A stretch of 64,000 nt of DNA from an uncultured virus (IMG/VR IMGVR_UViG_3300014819_001231) (lineage: Duplodnaviria; Heunggongvirae; Uroviricota; Caudoviricetes). Numbering within the stretch: position 1 is the first letter of the stretch; each line of letters starts with the position of its first letter. The position numbers and the translations under genes were made by a program. Below, piece by piece: positions 50,023 to 60,592 of this stretch. The notes under the pieces are model-generated. The model made no database searches. It was not told where the DNA came from and saw nothing but the letters and a program-made list of their open reading frames with translations. The stretch is from the IMG/VR virus record IMGVR_UViG_3300014819_001231, one strand, 5' to 3'.

Positions 50023-51937
50023 AAGATATTAAATTATCTTTCGTTGTGGGCTGAATAGGCTGAACATATATATATTTTATAACAAAATCTTTCAAAGACC
50101 TTAAAATTATTGTTTCACTATTTTTTTCTAAAACAATCATGCTCGAATGAGTTTCATAATTAATTGCATCTATTTTGTAATTAATTTTTTCTACATCATC
50201 AAATATAATTGCCATTTTTTCAAAAACAAAATTAATTTTTATATTAGATAGCTCATTTGATTGAATATTCTTATTTATTTCAAATATTAATAATGCGTTT
50301 TGATCAATTGCAAAAAAATTTTCGCCATTTATCGTAACTGAATAATTGCTGTTCAGCGATTTGTAGTTTTTATTTGGAATAAAACTTCTTGTAAAATTTT
50401 TAATATAAAATGGGTTTTTAACCAGAATGCCATTCAAATAATATGAACTTTCTTGCACTGTATCTAAAATCATTATTTTTTTTCCAGTAAAAGCAACGAT
50501 TTGTTCAATATTTTCAAAACCTTCTATAGTTTTAATAAAGTGTTTTTTAGTGAGATTCAAAACTGGGACTAGCCCATCATTGGTAAAAACTGTCATAAAC
50601 TCATCCAATATTACTTCAAAATTTTGTGTTTTTATTTTGTAAGCAACTTCGGATTCTACTTCTAGGTAACTTTCAGCTAAGCAATATTCATTTTCGCTTG
50701 CAAGTGGATAATTTTTGAAAATCTCAAAATAATTTTGTTTCCTTTTAAAAATATCATAAACATGTAACTCATCATTTTGTGACAAAGTGGAAAATGCGCT
50801 CACAGCAGTGGTATTAAGAAAATTAAAATATGTAATTGTGGTGAATAAATTTGTTGACGAAGGATATGTATTCAAATTAATTTTTAAGATAGCGCTTACT
50901 ATATTATCATCTGGCAACAATATATTTCCCCCAGCTATATTTGGTGAATTAATTGTATTTTGATTTGAAAATTTAAAAACAAAATTATAAGCTGATGTAT
51001 TTGTTTGATTTTGTAAAATTACAATTGGTTCAATATTATAGATTTTGCCATAAGATGTTTTTAAATACAAATTCAAAGAAGCATTTTTTAAATTCATCAA
51101 AACATCATTTGTTAAAAGTGTACATCCGAAATAATAAATTTTATTAGCAACAAAGTTAACACCATAGGGTGATCCGTTATTCAGAAAGTTGATTTGTAAT
51201 TCAAACAAAGATCCATAAAAATTATAAAACGCTTGCGAAGGATCAAACACAAAACTGGGATTATTTTGAGTAGTTTGCAAATATCCTACTCCACTTGAGT
51301 TAGTGTCATAATTAAAAACAGAATAGCTCAATTGACTTAATAAAAATGAATTATTGAAATATTGGCTGTATACATTAGTTTTGTTTACCGACAAAATATT
51401 AGCCGAAGAGCCAGATGAAACAAAATCTGTGACCATACCGCCATTTGAGCAATTAATTGTAATCGGCGTGGAAATTTCTATATTAAATGATCGTGTCACG
51501 CTAAAGAAAATTTTTCCATCAAGCTGAGAAATGTAATCAGAAATTGGAAGAGAAAAGATGGACCAATAAACCGAATAGTCTTCTTGTTTTGAAATCAATG
51601 TCATCGGTGATATGGTAATGACATCATTAAATGTTCTTTTGAAAATATACGATGAGGGGTTCGTGTCTGGTTGCGAAGAAAAAACAATTATCTTTGCATA
51701 AAAAACGCCACTATTATTTTGAATACCTTCAATGTATTTTTTTTTGTCATCGCCCGATGGGTCTACCGGAAAATAATCATCAGAAATAATAGTAGATAGT
51801 ATTTGGGCTCCGTTAATTTGTTGCCTTTTGTAATAAAAATTATTTCCATCAAACTGGTCGTAAATTGATATTGAAAATTGAGGAAAATTTAGTTGCTTCG
51901 GCACTTCACTTTGTGCTAATGTTTTAAATTCTGTCAT
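50015..51937 (-). CDS. Protein with internal degenerate Hint domain
   Basis: AYKIKT...VFTNDGLVPVLNL....IKT..G...I...SYYLNGILVKN (about 50788-50414). Confidence 0.6.
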   Translation of the reverse strand: MTEFKTLAQSEVPKQLNFPQFSISIYDQFDGNNFYYKRQQINGAQILSTIISDDYFPVDPSGDDKKKYIEGIQNNSGVFYAKIIVFSSQPDTNPSSYIFKRTFNDVITISPMTLISKQEDYSVYWSIFSLPISDYISQLDGKIFFSVTRSFNIEISTPITINCSNGGMVTDFVSSGSSANILSVNKTNVYSQYFNNSFLLSQLSYSVFNYDTNSSGVGYLQTTQNNPSFVFDPSQAFYNFYGSLFELQINFLNNGSPYGVNFVANKIYYFGCTLLTNDVLMNLKNASLNLYLKTSYGKIYNIEPIVILQNQTNTSAYNFVFKFSNQNTINSPNIAGGNILLPDDNIVSAILKINLNTYPSSTNLFTTITYFNFLNTTAVSAFSTLSQNDELHVYDIFKRKQNYFEIFKNYPLASENEYCLAESYLEVESEVAYKIKTQNFEVILDEFMTVFTNDGLVPVLNLTKKHFIKTIEGFENIEQIVAFTGKKIMILDTVQESSYYLNGILVKNPFYIKNFTRSFIPNKNYKSLNSNYSVTINGENFFAIDQNALLIFEINKNIQSNELSNIKINFVFEKMAIIFDDVEKINYKIDAINYETHSSMIVLEKNSETIILRSLKDFVIKYIYVQPIQPTTKDNLISFE

Positions 51938-54900
51938 CAGCCACCACCTGTCACGCCACCGCCTGCACCGCCTGTTTTTCCTTTAGTGCTTGTACCATTA
52001 AAATTATTTGTCCCGGTTGGATTGTTGCCAGTATTTGCACTAGGCGAGCTACCTGCCCCGCTACCTGTATTTGCTGCTCCCACCGTGTTTCCAGATCCAT
52101 CCGAGACAAATTTCCTAAAGAAAATAGTTCCTAATTGTCCTGTGGTATCTGTCACATAATATTTTCCATTAAGTTGAGAATTTAAGCTCACAGGTTTATT
52201 GAGAACATTATTCACCACAAAATCTGTTGTGCTATCAGGTTTTATTCTTACAAGTTTACTTCTAAGACCAAGCCCAGCCCAATCATAAAGTATAGCCACA
52301 TATTCATCAGAATCTGGAATTACTTTAGTTACTGTTGAATTAAATTCAAATTTGTTTATGAAGAAATTTTTATTTCTGTCATAAACATAGATATAGCTTG
52401 GTGATGTACTAAGACCGATGGATGGTTTTGATGTGGTATAATCTATAGATGGTTGAGCAATTAATAAACTATTTCCAGGTTGATTAAATCCCCTATCAAG
52501 CACCACGGTAGACCCACCAAGTTTTTCATTGAATACAAAATTTGATTGACCAATTGTGTAAAGGCTTTCGAAGGAAGAGTTGTATGCTCTAATTGAATTG
52601 TTGCCAACAGTGCTTATAATTAGATCATTTGCATCTGTATAGTCAACATGAATCGGTTTAAAGATATTATCAATATAGATATTTCCAATTGTAATGAGAA
52701 TAGAATAACTAGATGAATAATTTGGTGATGGATAATAGCTCCAAAGCACTGTAGAAGGCGAGCTTGTGTTGTTTGCAAAAACTGTAGGATCAGATGATAC
52801 AATTGTTACATTTGGCTGATAGTCCAATATTGTTCCTATTCCAAAAAGGGAATTATATTGGAATTCATTGAAAGATGTAGTGGTATACGTAAATGTTTCA
52901 GCGTCAGAGGCAAAGCCATCGCTTCTTGGATTTGCTAATGCGAATGGAGCCGTGATTGATTGGTCTATTTGGAAATAGCTCGGCCCACCTTCTCTGATGA
53001 TTAAATCCATTGCCGGTGTCACTGTGGCATAAAATGTAGCGGATTGAGAATTAGCATTAATCTTGTAGAGGCCAGCTAAAATAGATCCATCAGAAAGGTA
53101 GCTAAAATATGTTGGATCAGACAATGGATAATTCACACCATCCACTTTTATTGATAAATATTGTATATAATTCGCGGCAAAAACAAGATATTGACTAAAC
53201 AATGCATAGATTTGCATTGTTTTCGGGTTATAATACACGCCAAGAATTACGAAATCCCTATCTAATCTGGAAAGTTTTATATTACCTTGAATAGCGGACA
53301 AAAATTGCCCGTTTGAATCCACCTCTAATACTCGATCATTATCAGTGTCGGCAATGAAATATCCACCGCCCCCATTTGAAATATAGTGCTGGGGGTTCAA
53401 TAATGAAGGAGCAGAACCAATAAAATTCTGATAGGGAGAAATATAATAATTATTATTAATGTCTAAAAATGAATTAAATTCCGAAGACCCAAATTTTAAA
53501 GTATTAGTGCTTAAATAGAAATAATTATTTATTTTTGTTGTATCAGCAATTTGAATTTGATATGCTTGAGTATTATCATTATCAACAGGCAGAATTTCAA
53601 GATTGCTACTATTACCCTGTGACCATTTAAACCTTGGATAAGTTATTACAGGTGAGTTATTAACATTGGTATTATATATAATTCCATTAGCAATTCCATT
53701 AACATTAAAAAACAATGATATGCTACTGATTGTTGGTGGCTCAAATCTGTCAGCGGATGATTGCAAATAGAAAATTAAATCAATATATCGAGCTTGCTTA
53801 TTGATACTTAATGCTTCGCCAGAAACTATGCCAATTGAAACATCATATCCATAATTTTGCCAATTACCATTTGCATTTAAATCACCAATATTATTCGCGG
53901 TTCGATAATTAAATGTTATCTTTGCTTGACCGTTCGCAGAAGTAGGCAAAGAATATTCGAAAATTGCATAGTCAAAAATCGCATTGCCACCAGGCCCAGC
54001 GTCGTACCTAAAAACAAAATATCCAGAAGTGGCATATTGGCCAGCATTAAACGCAAAAACAGAATCGTTTGTCAATGCATTTTTTTGTTGGTAAGCTAAA
54101 ACTTGAGGATAACTGGAATAAAGTGTATTGCTAGGAAATGGAGGCAATATAAATTCCAAATTTAAAGTGTCATTATTTAACCAACCATAGTTAGTGGACC
54201 ATAAAAACCCAAAACCAAAAATTTGTGGCTGTACGCCACCATTTTGTCCAGTAAAAGCACTTAAATTAAAAATTTTAGCCACTGAGGTAGGCCCACTCTT
54301 ATAAGTTCCATTAGAAACAAGTTGTCGCAGAGGCTGAATTGTAGAAACTCTAATTGAATTTAAGCTAGATCCAGATGGTGTTAAATTGAAATTTATCAAA
54401 TTACCGTTTGCAGATACTGGGTCAAAAATCAAATAGCAGTAAATATCACCAAGAGTAGCACCTGTAATAAAATTTTCATTCAAACTGGATATAGCTACCG
54501 CTATTTTGTCTTCATATTGAAACGCAGGATAAGAATTGTAGATAAAATTATACTTGTCTGTTTTTCCACCCTCGATTCCAGGAGTCACAGATTGAGCCAC
54601 ACCCCATGTCCAAGTGGTCGGTCTATTTGACAAATTCCAAGAACTTGCAACCGAAAGATAAGAATTAGGTTTAGATAAAGTTACACCACCACTAGTCAAA
54701 GATGTATCGGCAACACCAAATGTAAATGCAGTGAAACCTAAGCCATTGCTATTTGCAAATGAAACAGAAGTGGTGATAGAATGAATTCGATTATTTAAAC
54801 TATCAGACACAAATGCAGTGTTGAATCCAGATTGAGCAAAAATATTAGCTGGCCTTTCAAAATAGATTGCGCTTGAAGTATCAGAAGTTATACCAGCTAC

Positions 54901-57108
54901 CCCAAAGCTATACTGAGCGAAAAATTGATTGTTTGTAACCCCATAGCCCAATCCGCTAGGAGCGTTATAGTTTATCACTCGATTGTTATCAGTATCTACA
55001 ATTAATAAGTCTAATAAATTTCCTTTATTTGTAAAGGCTATGCCCTGCGGGTGAGTAAATCCACGCAAATCATTAGTGGAAATTCCATTGGAAACATAAG
55101 CTTGGGTTATATGACCCACACCATCAGTATTTATTAAAAAGTATCCAGCAGATTGACCATTATATGTAAGATTAAATTGATCATTTGTGCTATAACCGGT
55201 TCCGGGGTTTGTAACCAAAATTGTTGAAATTGTCCCATTTACTGAAGTGGAAAAACCAAATTGAGCCCCCACACCTATACTATTTGAGCTGTATGACAAT
55301 AATCCAGTATTATAGATGTTAAATCCAGCAGAATTAGCACCCAAAATTTGTGTAACATTGAGCACAGGAGTATTATTTGTGTATGTTTCAATCCCAACCA
55401 ATACTCTGTGATTCCCGTAGTCTGAAATAAACAAATAATTGTTATTGCTTATTGTTGTTGCAATGATCCCTCTGGGATCATTAAGGGATTGGTAAATATT
55501 TTGTATTGTTGAACCAGAGGCGGCATATTTATAGGTAGTGACCCAATATGGTGCTTGGCCCGCAGGCCAATAAAATTTTTGTATTTGATTATTTCCAGAA
55601 TCGGCCACGTAAAATGTATTACCCAATCCATATACACCTTTTGGAAAAGCAAAACCACCCTGATCGTTACCTTGTTGACCCATACCTCCATTATAACCAA
55701 TTTGAGCTTTGTTGTTGATTAAATTTCCATCAGTTACAATAATTCTATTATTCAAAGTGTCTGCAATGTATAAATTATCTGCATTTGAATCATAATATAA
55801 ACCCAATGGTGTGTTAAGATTCAAATTAGGGTCAAAATTAATTTTTCTTTGTACGAAATTTCCTTGAGGAGTAAATTGTGAAATAAATGAGTCTTGGAAA
55901 CTTGAAATATAGATTGTTGTTGCAGAGCCTGTTACTCCATATGGGTTATTTACACTCCCTGCCACTGGGGTGGAATTTATTCCAGTGACAGTTACATTTG
56001 TTGTTACTAATGGATTAGGAATTGAATCTTGTGCCGTAAATAATGCTGTGAAGAAATCTTGTGTGCTATTTACTTTTATGACATATGATTGCCTTGCTAT
56101 TCCTGTTACTCCATAAACTCTATGAACATTTGTGTCAATGGTTGCAGTAGTAACGGGATTATTGTTGATTAAAGAAGTATCTACGAACCCCGCCAATTGA
56201 GTATATGGCATATACAAAATCACATTCCATTGCTCACCGTCTATATTAAAAAATCCAGATTGTTTTTTAAGCGCCAAAATTAATTGCAATCTGTTTACTA
56301 TTCCATAATTTGAGAGTTGGTATCTTGTGTTTGGCAACTGCAAAGCAGCTAACAATGAATCAATTTGTTGGTGCGTGAGGGTGCCAATATTTAATAAAGA
56401 ATTGTGGTCAATAGACGGCAAACGGTTTGGGTCTAAAGTGCCAGTAGAAATTTTGCTTGCATCTATATAATCAATATTTTTAGAAGATAAGAATCCAGTT
56501 ACATGCGCACCTAAATCAATAGGCGAAGGTTCATTTGAGCCACCTACATGCAAATGATTTTTTACCAAATCTGAAAGTGAAGCAAGTACAGAAATTACTT
56601 GTCTCCCATGAGCGGAATCATTATATACGGTTAGAGTAAAAGTGCCAGCAGCAGCGTCAATCGTTAAATCTGCAGCGCCCAAACCAATATAATTCACTGG
56701 ATCAACAATTTGTGTCAATGATGAAATAAAATTAACAGTTTTGTCAACAGGAGTGGTATCAGTTTCTGTTGCATAAAAATAAAATCTATAGGTGCCCGTA
56801 GTTGCGTTTATAGGAAGAGAAAGGGCCAACTGAACTGGAGCATCAGTTTCAGCGTAAGTATAATTAATGTGCCCTTTACCCGAAGAGATTTGAATAGTTT
56901 GTTCATTTGGGACTACCGAAAGAGTCCATGAACTTAATTGAGCGCCCATATTATCGTAAACAGGGGCTATGCCATTACCAAATATATTATAGACATTATA
57001 TAATTGATTTTCAATTGTAAGAAATCTATTTTTGTCTAAATCAAGATTACTTGCCGTGGATAAATTGGGAACAAAATATCCTAATTGGTAAATTGGAGTA
57101 ACATTCAT
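51937..57108 (-). CDS. Tail-fibre-like protein with NHL-repeat propeller
   Basis: 1723 aa. PLGLY..LYIADTLNNRI, FPKGV..FYVADSGNNQI, DPRGI..ISDYGNHRV, HPQGI..IVDTDNNRV; NHLH motif; Gly-rich tail. Confidence 0.75.
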   Translation of the reverse strand: MNVTPIYQLGYFVPNLSTASNLDLDKNRFLTIENQLYNVYNIFGNGIAPVYDNMGAQLSSWTLSVVPNEQTIQISSGKGHINYTYAETDAPVQLALSLPINATTGTYRFYFYATETDTTPVDKTVNFISSLTQIVDPVNYIGLGAADLTIDAAAGTFTLTVYNDSAHGRQVISVLASLSDLVKNHLHVGGSNEPSPIDLGAHVTGFLSSKNIDYIDASKISTGTLDPNRLPSIDHNSLLNIGTLTHQQIDSLLAALQLPNTRYQLSNYGIVNRLQLILALKKQSGFFNIDGEQWNVILYMPYTQLAGFVDTSLINNNPVTTATIDTNVHRVYGVTGIARQSYVIKVNSTQDFFTALFTAQDSIPNPLVTTNVTVTGINSTPVAGSVNNPYGVTGSATTIYISSFQDSFISQFTPQGNFVQRKINFDPNLNLNTPLGLYYDSNADNLYIADTLNNRIIVTDGNLINNKAQIGYNGGMGQQGNDQGGFAFPKGVYGLGNTFYVADSGNNQIQKFYWPAGQAPYWVTTYKYAASGSTIQNIYQSLNDPRGIIATTISNNNYLFISDYGNHRVLVGIETYTNNTPVLNVTQILGANSAGFNIYNTGLLSYSSNSIGVGAQFGFSTSVNGTISTILVTNPGTGYSTNDQFNLTYNGQSAGYFLINTDGVGHITQAYVSNGISTNDLRGFTHPQGIAFTNKGNLLDLLIVDTDNNRVINYNAPSGLGYGVTNNQFFAQYSFGVAGITSDTSSAIYFERPANIFAQSGFNTAFVSDSLNNRIHSITTSVSFANSNGLGFTAFTFGVADTSLTSGGVTLSKPNSYLSVASSWNLSNRPTTWTWGVAQSVTPGIEGGKTDKYNFIYNSYPAFQYEDKIAVAISSLNENFITGATLGDIYCYLIFDPVSANGNLINFNLTPSGSSLNSIRVSTIQPLRQLVSNGTYKSGPTSVAKIFNLSAFTGQNGGVQPQIFGFGFLWSTNYGWLNNDTLNLEFILPPFPSNTLYSSYPQVLAYQQKNALTNDSVFAFNAGQYATSGYFVFRYDAGPGGNAIFDYAIFEYSLPTSANGQAKITFNYRTANNIGDLNANGNWQNYGYDVSIGIVSGEALSINKQARYIDLIFYLQSSADRFEPPTISSISLFFNVNGIANGIIYNTNVNNSPVITYPRFKWSQGNSSNLEILPVDNDNTQAYQIQIADTTKINNYFYLSTNTLKFGSSEFNSFLDINNNYYISPYQNFIGSAPSLLNPQHYISNGGGGYFIADTDNDRVLEVDSNGQFLSAIQGNIKLSRLDRDFVILGVYYNPKTMQIYALFSQYLVFAANYIQYLSIKVDGVNYPLSDPTYFSYLSDGSILAGLYKINANSQSATFYATVTPAMDLIIREGGPSYFQIDQSITAPFALANPRSDGFASDAETFTYTTTSFNEFQYNSLFGIGTILDYQPNVTIVSSDPTVFANNTSSPSTVLWSYYPSPNYSSSYSILITIGNIYIDNIFKPIHVDYTDANDLIISTVGNNSIRAYNSSFESLYTIGQSNFVFNEKLGGSTVVLDRGFNQPGNSLLIAQPSIDYTTSKPSIGLSTSPSYIYVYDRNKNFFINKFEFNSTVTKVIPDSDEYVAILYDWAGLGLRSKLVRIKPDSTTDFVVNNVLNKPVSLNSQLNGKYYVTDTTGQLGTIFFRKFVSDGSGNTVGAANTGSGAGSSPSANTGNNPTGTNNFNGTSTKGKTGGAGGGVTGGG

Positions 57109-57353
57109 AATTGTGGTTTGCTTACATTAACAATAAAACCTTGCCCCCAAATTGATTCTCCATACACAAAACCTGCTAATCCGGGAGGCTTAATATTGTT
57201 TGTGTTTTGAGGTGCTTGTACAGTTTCAATTGCCACTTGTCCATATGGCGCGGCATTTATAAGTGGATTTTTTTGAGATGAATAATAAAGAATTGCATCT
57301 GATAAACTATCGAACCTCATAACAGAAATATTCTTATTTTGAGCTAGTGACAC
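57105..57353 (-). CDS. Small hypothetical protein
   Basis: 82 aa, GTG start, fills the gap between two large genes, with ATGA overlap. Confidence 0.55.
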   Translation of the reverse strand: MSLAQNKNISVMRFDSLSDAILYYSSQKNPLINAAPYGQVAIETVQAPQNTNNIKPPGLAGFVYGESIWGQGFIVNVSKPQL

Positions 57354-57356
57354 CTA

Positions 57357-60300
57357 TCATGATTGGTCAACAATTGGGTTTCTAGAACCTTTAATATCAG
57401 CAGTAATTAGATTTTCGAAAATTTTAAATTCATAGCGAATTTCTGAATAAAGATATCTTTCAGAAATAGGATTGTCATCCTCGACAGCAATTGTGAAATG
57501 GCCCCAATGCTTCAATGGTTTAGAGACATAAGCCTTCAAATTAATTGTTTCATATGGAGTGGCGCAAAAATATCGAAAAAGTGTACCAATTCTATCTTTA
57601 GCAGTGGCGTTTTTTGGAAGTAGTAACGAATTGACCTGCCCCGCATCACCTGGTTTAGATTCATCACTAAATAACGTGATTTTATCATATCCAATATATG
57701 GGCTACCTTGAATAGCATCCACTTTTGGTTTGTAAAATTCTAATGAAGTGATGTCTACTTTATCTATTGGAGTAGTAACTATCTCTTGCCTCTGTTGATA
57801 ATCTTGATAGAAATAAATTCCTTCATAAAATAAATTTTGTGTGTTGCTACTGCTTTGAAAAGAATATCCTTCGCCTTCTGAACCAATCAAATATCCATGA
57901 AGTTTTGTAATTTCTAAAGTCAAGTCAGTATCAATATTCTTTTTTCTAAAATAGAAAAAGTCTCTATCTTTATTATTAATTCCATCAAATCTAGAACTAA
58001 ATACTATACCGTCAACTGGATCGCCTTGTCCTTGCTCGCCAGCATACCAATACATAATTGCAACATCACTTTTGCCTCCTGCATCGTTTTCTACTAAGGG
58101 TGAAACTAATGTTAATTGGCAAACTGTTTGCAGAATTTTAAAATATGACTCTTGTGTACTATATGGTATTACTCTTAGTTGCGCCAAATTAGGTATTAAC
58201 ATTGTATCCAAAATAGCCGGTAAAGAGGCTTTGTCTGAAAATTTAAAAAATGGTTCGAGTGTAGTGCCAAGGTCGTATTTAAAATGATTTTGTAACTCTG
58301 TGCGATCTACTAGACTATTAATTATATCTTGAAATCTCATTCCTGGAAAAGAAAAACCTGTTCTGCTAATTATCATTGATTTAGCTGTTTTAAATAAATA
58401 TGACAGAAGATCTTCCGTAGAAACAAGAATAGTGGTTTGATCTAAACTCTCCTCCACTACCACTTCTGTAATTACACCTTCTCCCCAGATATAAGTATCG
58501 TCACCAAATCCAGCTTTAAGCCTTAAAACGGCAATGTTATTGCGAATCCATTGCAATAAAGAATAGCCTTCTGGAGTTCTATTTAAATTTATAAATTCAA
58601 ATTTTAAATCTCCAGTTATAGATGCGCTATCTTTTTCAATATTTTTTGTGAGGCTTGCTTTAACTAATGATTGGGTTAGTACATCGCTTACTTTTTTTGA
58701 ATCGTCGGTAAAAGATACGTCATATTGAACATAACTTTTGGTAATATCTGGATCTTTGTTGATTGGGCCATTATTAAATTTATTAAAAACATGACCACCA
58801 AGATCAAAAGGCATAGTGATTTTAAATATCACCGAAACATTAGTTGAGTTTTGTGGTAATTTATCAATAGCTGTAGGGAAAGAAGGATTTACTGATCTTG
58901 CATCTAAATAAGCTGATGCATTGATATATTTTGATTTATCTGTATCTTCAAAAGTATAAAGCGCATTATTCAATATAAATTCAGGTATTGACATTGCGGA
59001 GTTGGAAATCTCATCCAGGCTAACACTCGGCACCACTTGATTATTCAAAAAATAATTTCTTTGATTAATTGGTTCTTGTGCTGTAAGCTCTGGAACATTG
59101 TTTTTGTCTACTGGCATGAATAATGGCGGGCCATATTTGAAGACAAAATTGCACATTTTTGCAATAATCTGTATTTTTGATCCGCCATCTAGGTGATGTT
59201 TAAACTCATCCCCGTTTTTTATATTTGCATATTGTAGTTTAGGTTTTCCAATTTGTTGCCATTCATGTGGATTTGAGTTATTCCCCACATACATATATTG
59301 GCTTGAATAAAAAACATAAATCTCAAACTGTGCGGATGTTTTTTCATTAGATTGTGTACCCACATTGATTCTAGGCATTTTGTCCAAAATAATACTATTG
59401 GATAGAGGATTTACTGTATTAGACACCACTTGGGTATCAGATTTATTAAAAAAAACTCTAGCTGGATCAGTGGAATTAAAATACAAAGTATATAAGCCTA
59501 CCGTTTTTGATTGCGCATATTTATTTCTAGCGCTTTCACTGGACATGAAATTAAAATCGCCCCATTGAATCCATATTTCAGGTTGTTTACCAAAAACTTC
59601 CCCTTCTACGTTATAAAAAGTATTCTGCGAGGCAATTGTAACAATATTTTCAATTTTAATAGTAAAGCCCACTGGAGTAGTGCCATTATATAAATTTATG
59701 TATTGAGTAGAAAGCTCATGTGCGCCTTGGCTATTATTTAAATAATAATATTTTGAACCAGATTGATGTGCAATATCTTTCCAAATTGGATATTTTCTAT
59801 TTAAAACTACTATTGAATTTGAAGCTACTACGACAATTGATGATGTTTCAGAATCATTGTTGACATAAGCATATGGTTGCGCATTGGAAGCGGTGGTAGA
59901 ATTTTTAATATCATATCCCCAATATTTTTTAATATTGAAGTTTGACCCCGCTATATTAGAAACTGTCCAAAAATTATAACTAGTAAGAGTATTTAATTGA
60001 CCACTATTTTTAAGATTTTTTACCTCAGGTTCTGTAAAAGATGTTGCTGGAATATTTACGGGGCCTAAATATTGTGGATTCTGCGGAATGTCAGTGCCTG
60101 ATCCCTGACTAAATGGATAAGGCACGGGTTGATTTAGATTAAAAGACAAAGCCGTATTGTAACTTAAATTGTTTAAATCGCTAGGAGATTTAATAAAATC
60201 ATAGTAAGGATGCGTTTCGTCCGGTCCCATACAAACATCCAGAAAAGTACAATATGGTGCCCCTTTGATTTCAATATGTCTTGGCATAACTCCATGCCCG

Positions 60301-60554
60301 CAACTAACTAGTGATTCAGAAATAATCTGTCTCACGTCAGGATTAACAAAAGATTTCCCTTGTTCGCCACCTGGGTTTTGATGGTAAACGTTATCAATTA
60401 CCGATTGTGATACCCTTCCTTCTAAAGCGGCATTTCTCGGAGGAATGTAAAGTCTTCCAACATCAATTTGTATGTGCAGATCTTGTGTATAAGTGGTTCC
60501 TAAAACAGGAAGAGTTTTTGTTATACTATATGTAGGCTCTGTTCCGATGGACAT
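57357..60554 (-). CDS. Putative baseplate hub / tail-tip protein
   Basis: C-terminal third (LKFEFIN...VLRLKAGFG...GEGVITEV....TILVSTEDLLSYL...FQDIINSLV) resembles gp27/gpD-type hub domains. Confidence 0.5.
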   Translation of the reverse strand: MSIGTEPTYSITKTLPVLGTTYTQDLHIQIDVGRLYIPPRNAALEGRVSQSVIDNVYHQNPGGEQGKSFVNPDVRQIISESLVSCGHGVMPRHIEIKGAPYCTFLDVCMGPDETHPYYDFIKSPSDLNNLSYNTALSFNLNQPVPYPFSQGSGTDIPQNPQYLGPVNIPATSFTEPEVKNLKNSGQLNTLTSYNFWTVSNIAGSNFNIKKYWGYDIKNSTTASNAQPYAYVNNDSETSSIVVVASNSIVVLNRKYPIWKDIAHQSGSKYYYLNNSQGAHELSTQYINLYNGTTPVGFTIKIENIVTIASQNTFYNVEGEVFGKQPEIWIQWGDFNFMSSESARNKYAQSKTVGLYTLYFNSTDPARVFFNKSDTQVVSNTVNPLSNSIILDKMPRINVGTQSNEKTSAQFEIYVFYSSQYMYVGNNSNPHEWQQIGKPKLQYANIKNGDEFKHHLDGGSKIQIIAKMCNFVFKYGPPLFMPVDKNNVPELTAQEPINQRNYFLNNQVVPSVSLDEISNSAMSIPEFILNNALYTFEDTDKSKYINASAYLDARSVNPSFPTAIDKLPQNSTNVSVIFKITMPFDLGGHVFNKFNNGPINKDPDITKSYVQYDVSFTDDSKKVSDVLTQSLVKASLTKNIEKDSASITGDLKFEFINLNRTPEGYSLLQWIRNNIAVLRLKAGFGDDTYIWGEGVITEVVVEESLDQTTILVSTEDLLSYLFKTAKSMIISRTGFSFPGMRFQDIINSLVDRTELQNHFKYDLGTTLEPFFKFSDKASLPAILDTMLIPNLAQLRVIPYSTQESYFKILQTVCQLTLVSPLVENDAGGKSDVAIMYWYAGEQGQGDPVDGIVFSSRFDGINNKDRDFFYFRKKNIDTDLTLEITKLHGYLIGSEGEGYSFQSSSNTQNLFYEGIYFYQDYQQRQEIVTTPIDKVDITSLEFYKPKVDAIQGSPYIGYDKITLFSDESKPGDAGQVNSLLLPKNATAKDRIGTLFRYFCATPYETINLKAYVSKPLKHWGHFTIAVEDDNPISERYLYSEIRYEFKIFENLITADIKGSRNPIVDQS

Positions 60555-60592
60555 TTATTATATTTAAATTTACAAAAAACACCAGCATAATC

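Noticed and set aside
45154..51937. Classical mobile inteins
   Set aside because: No homing endonuclease, no His-Asn followed by Cys/Ser/Thr, and not inserted in conserved enzyme motifs.
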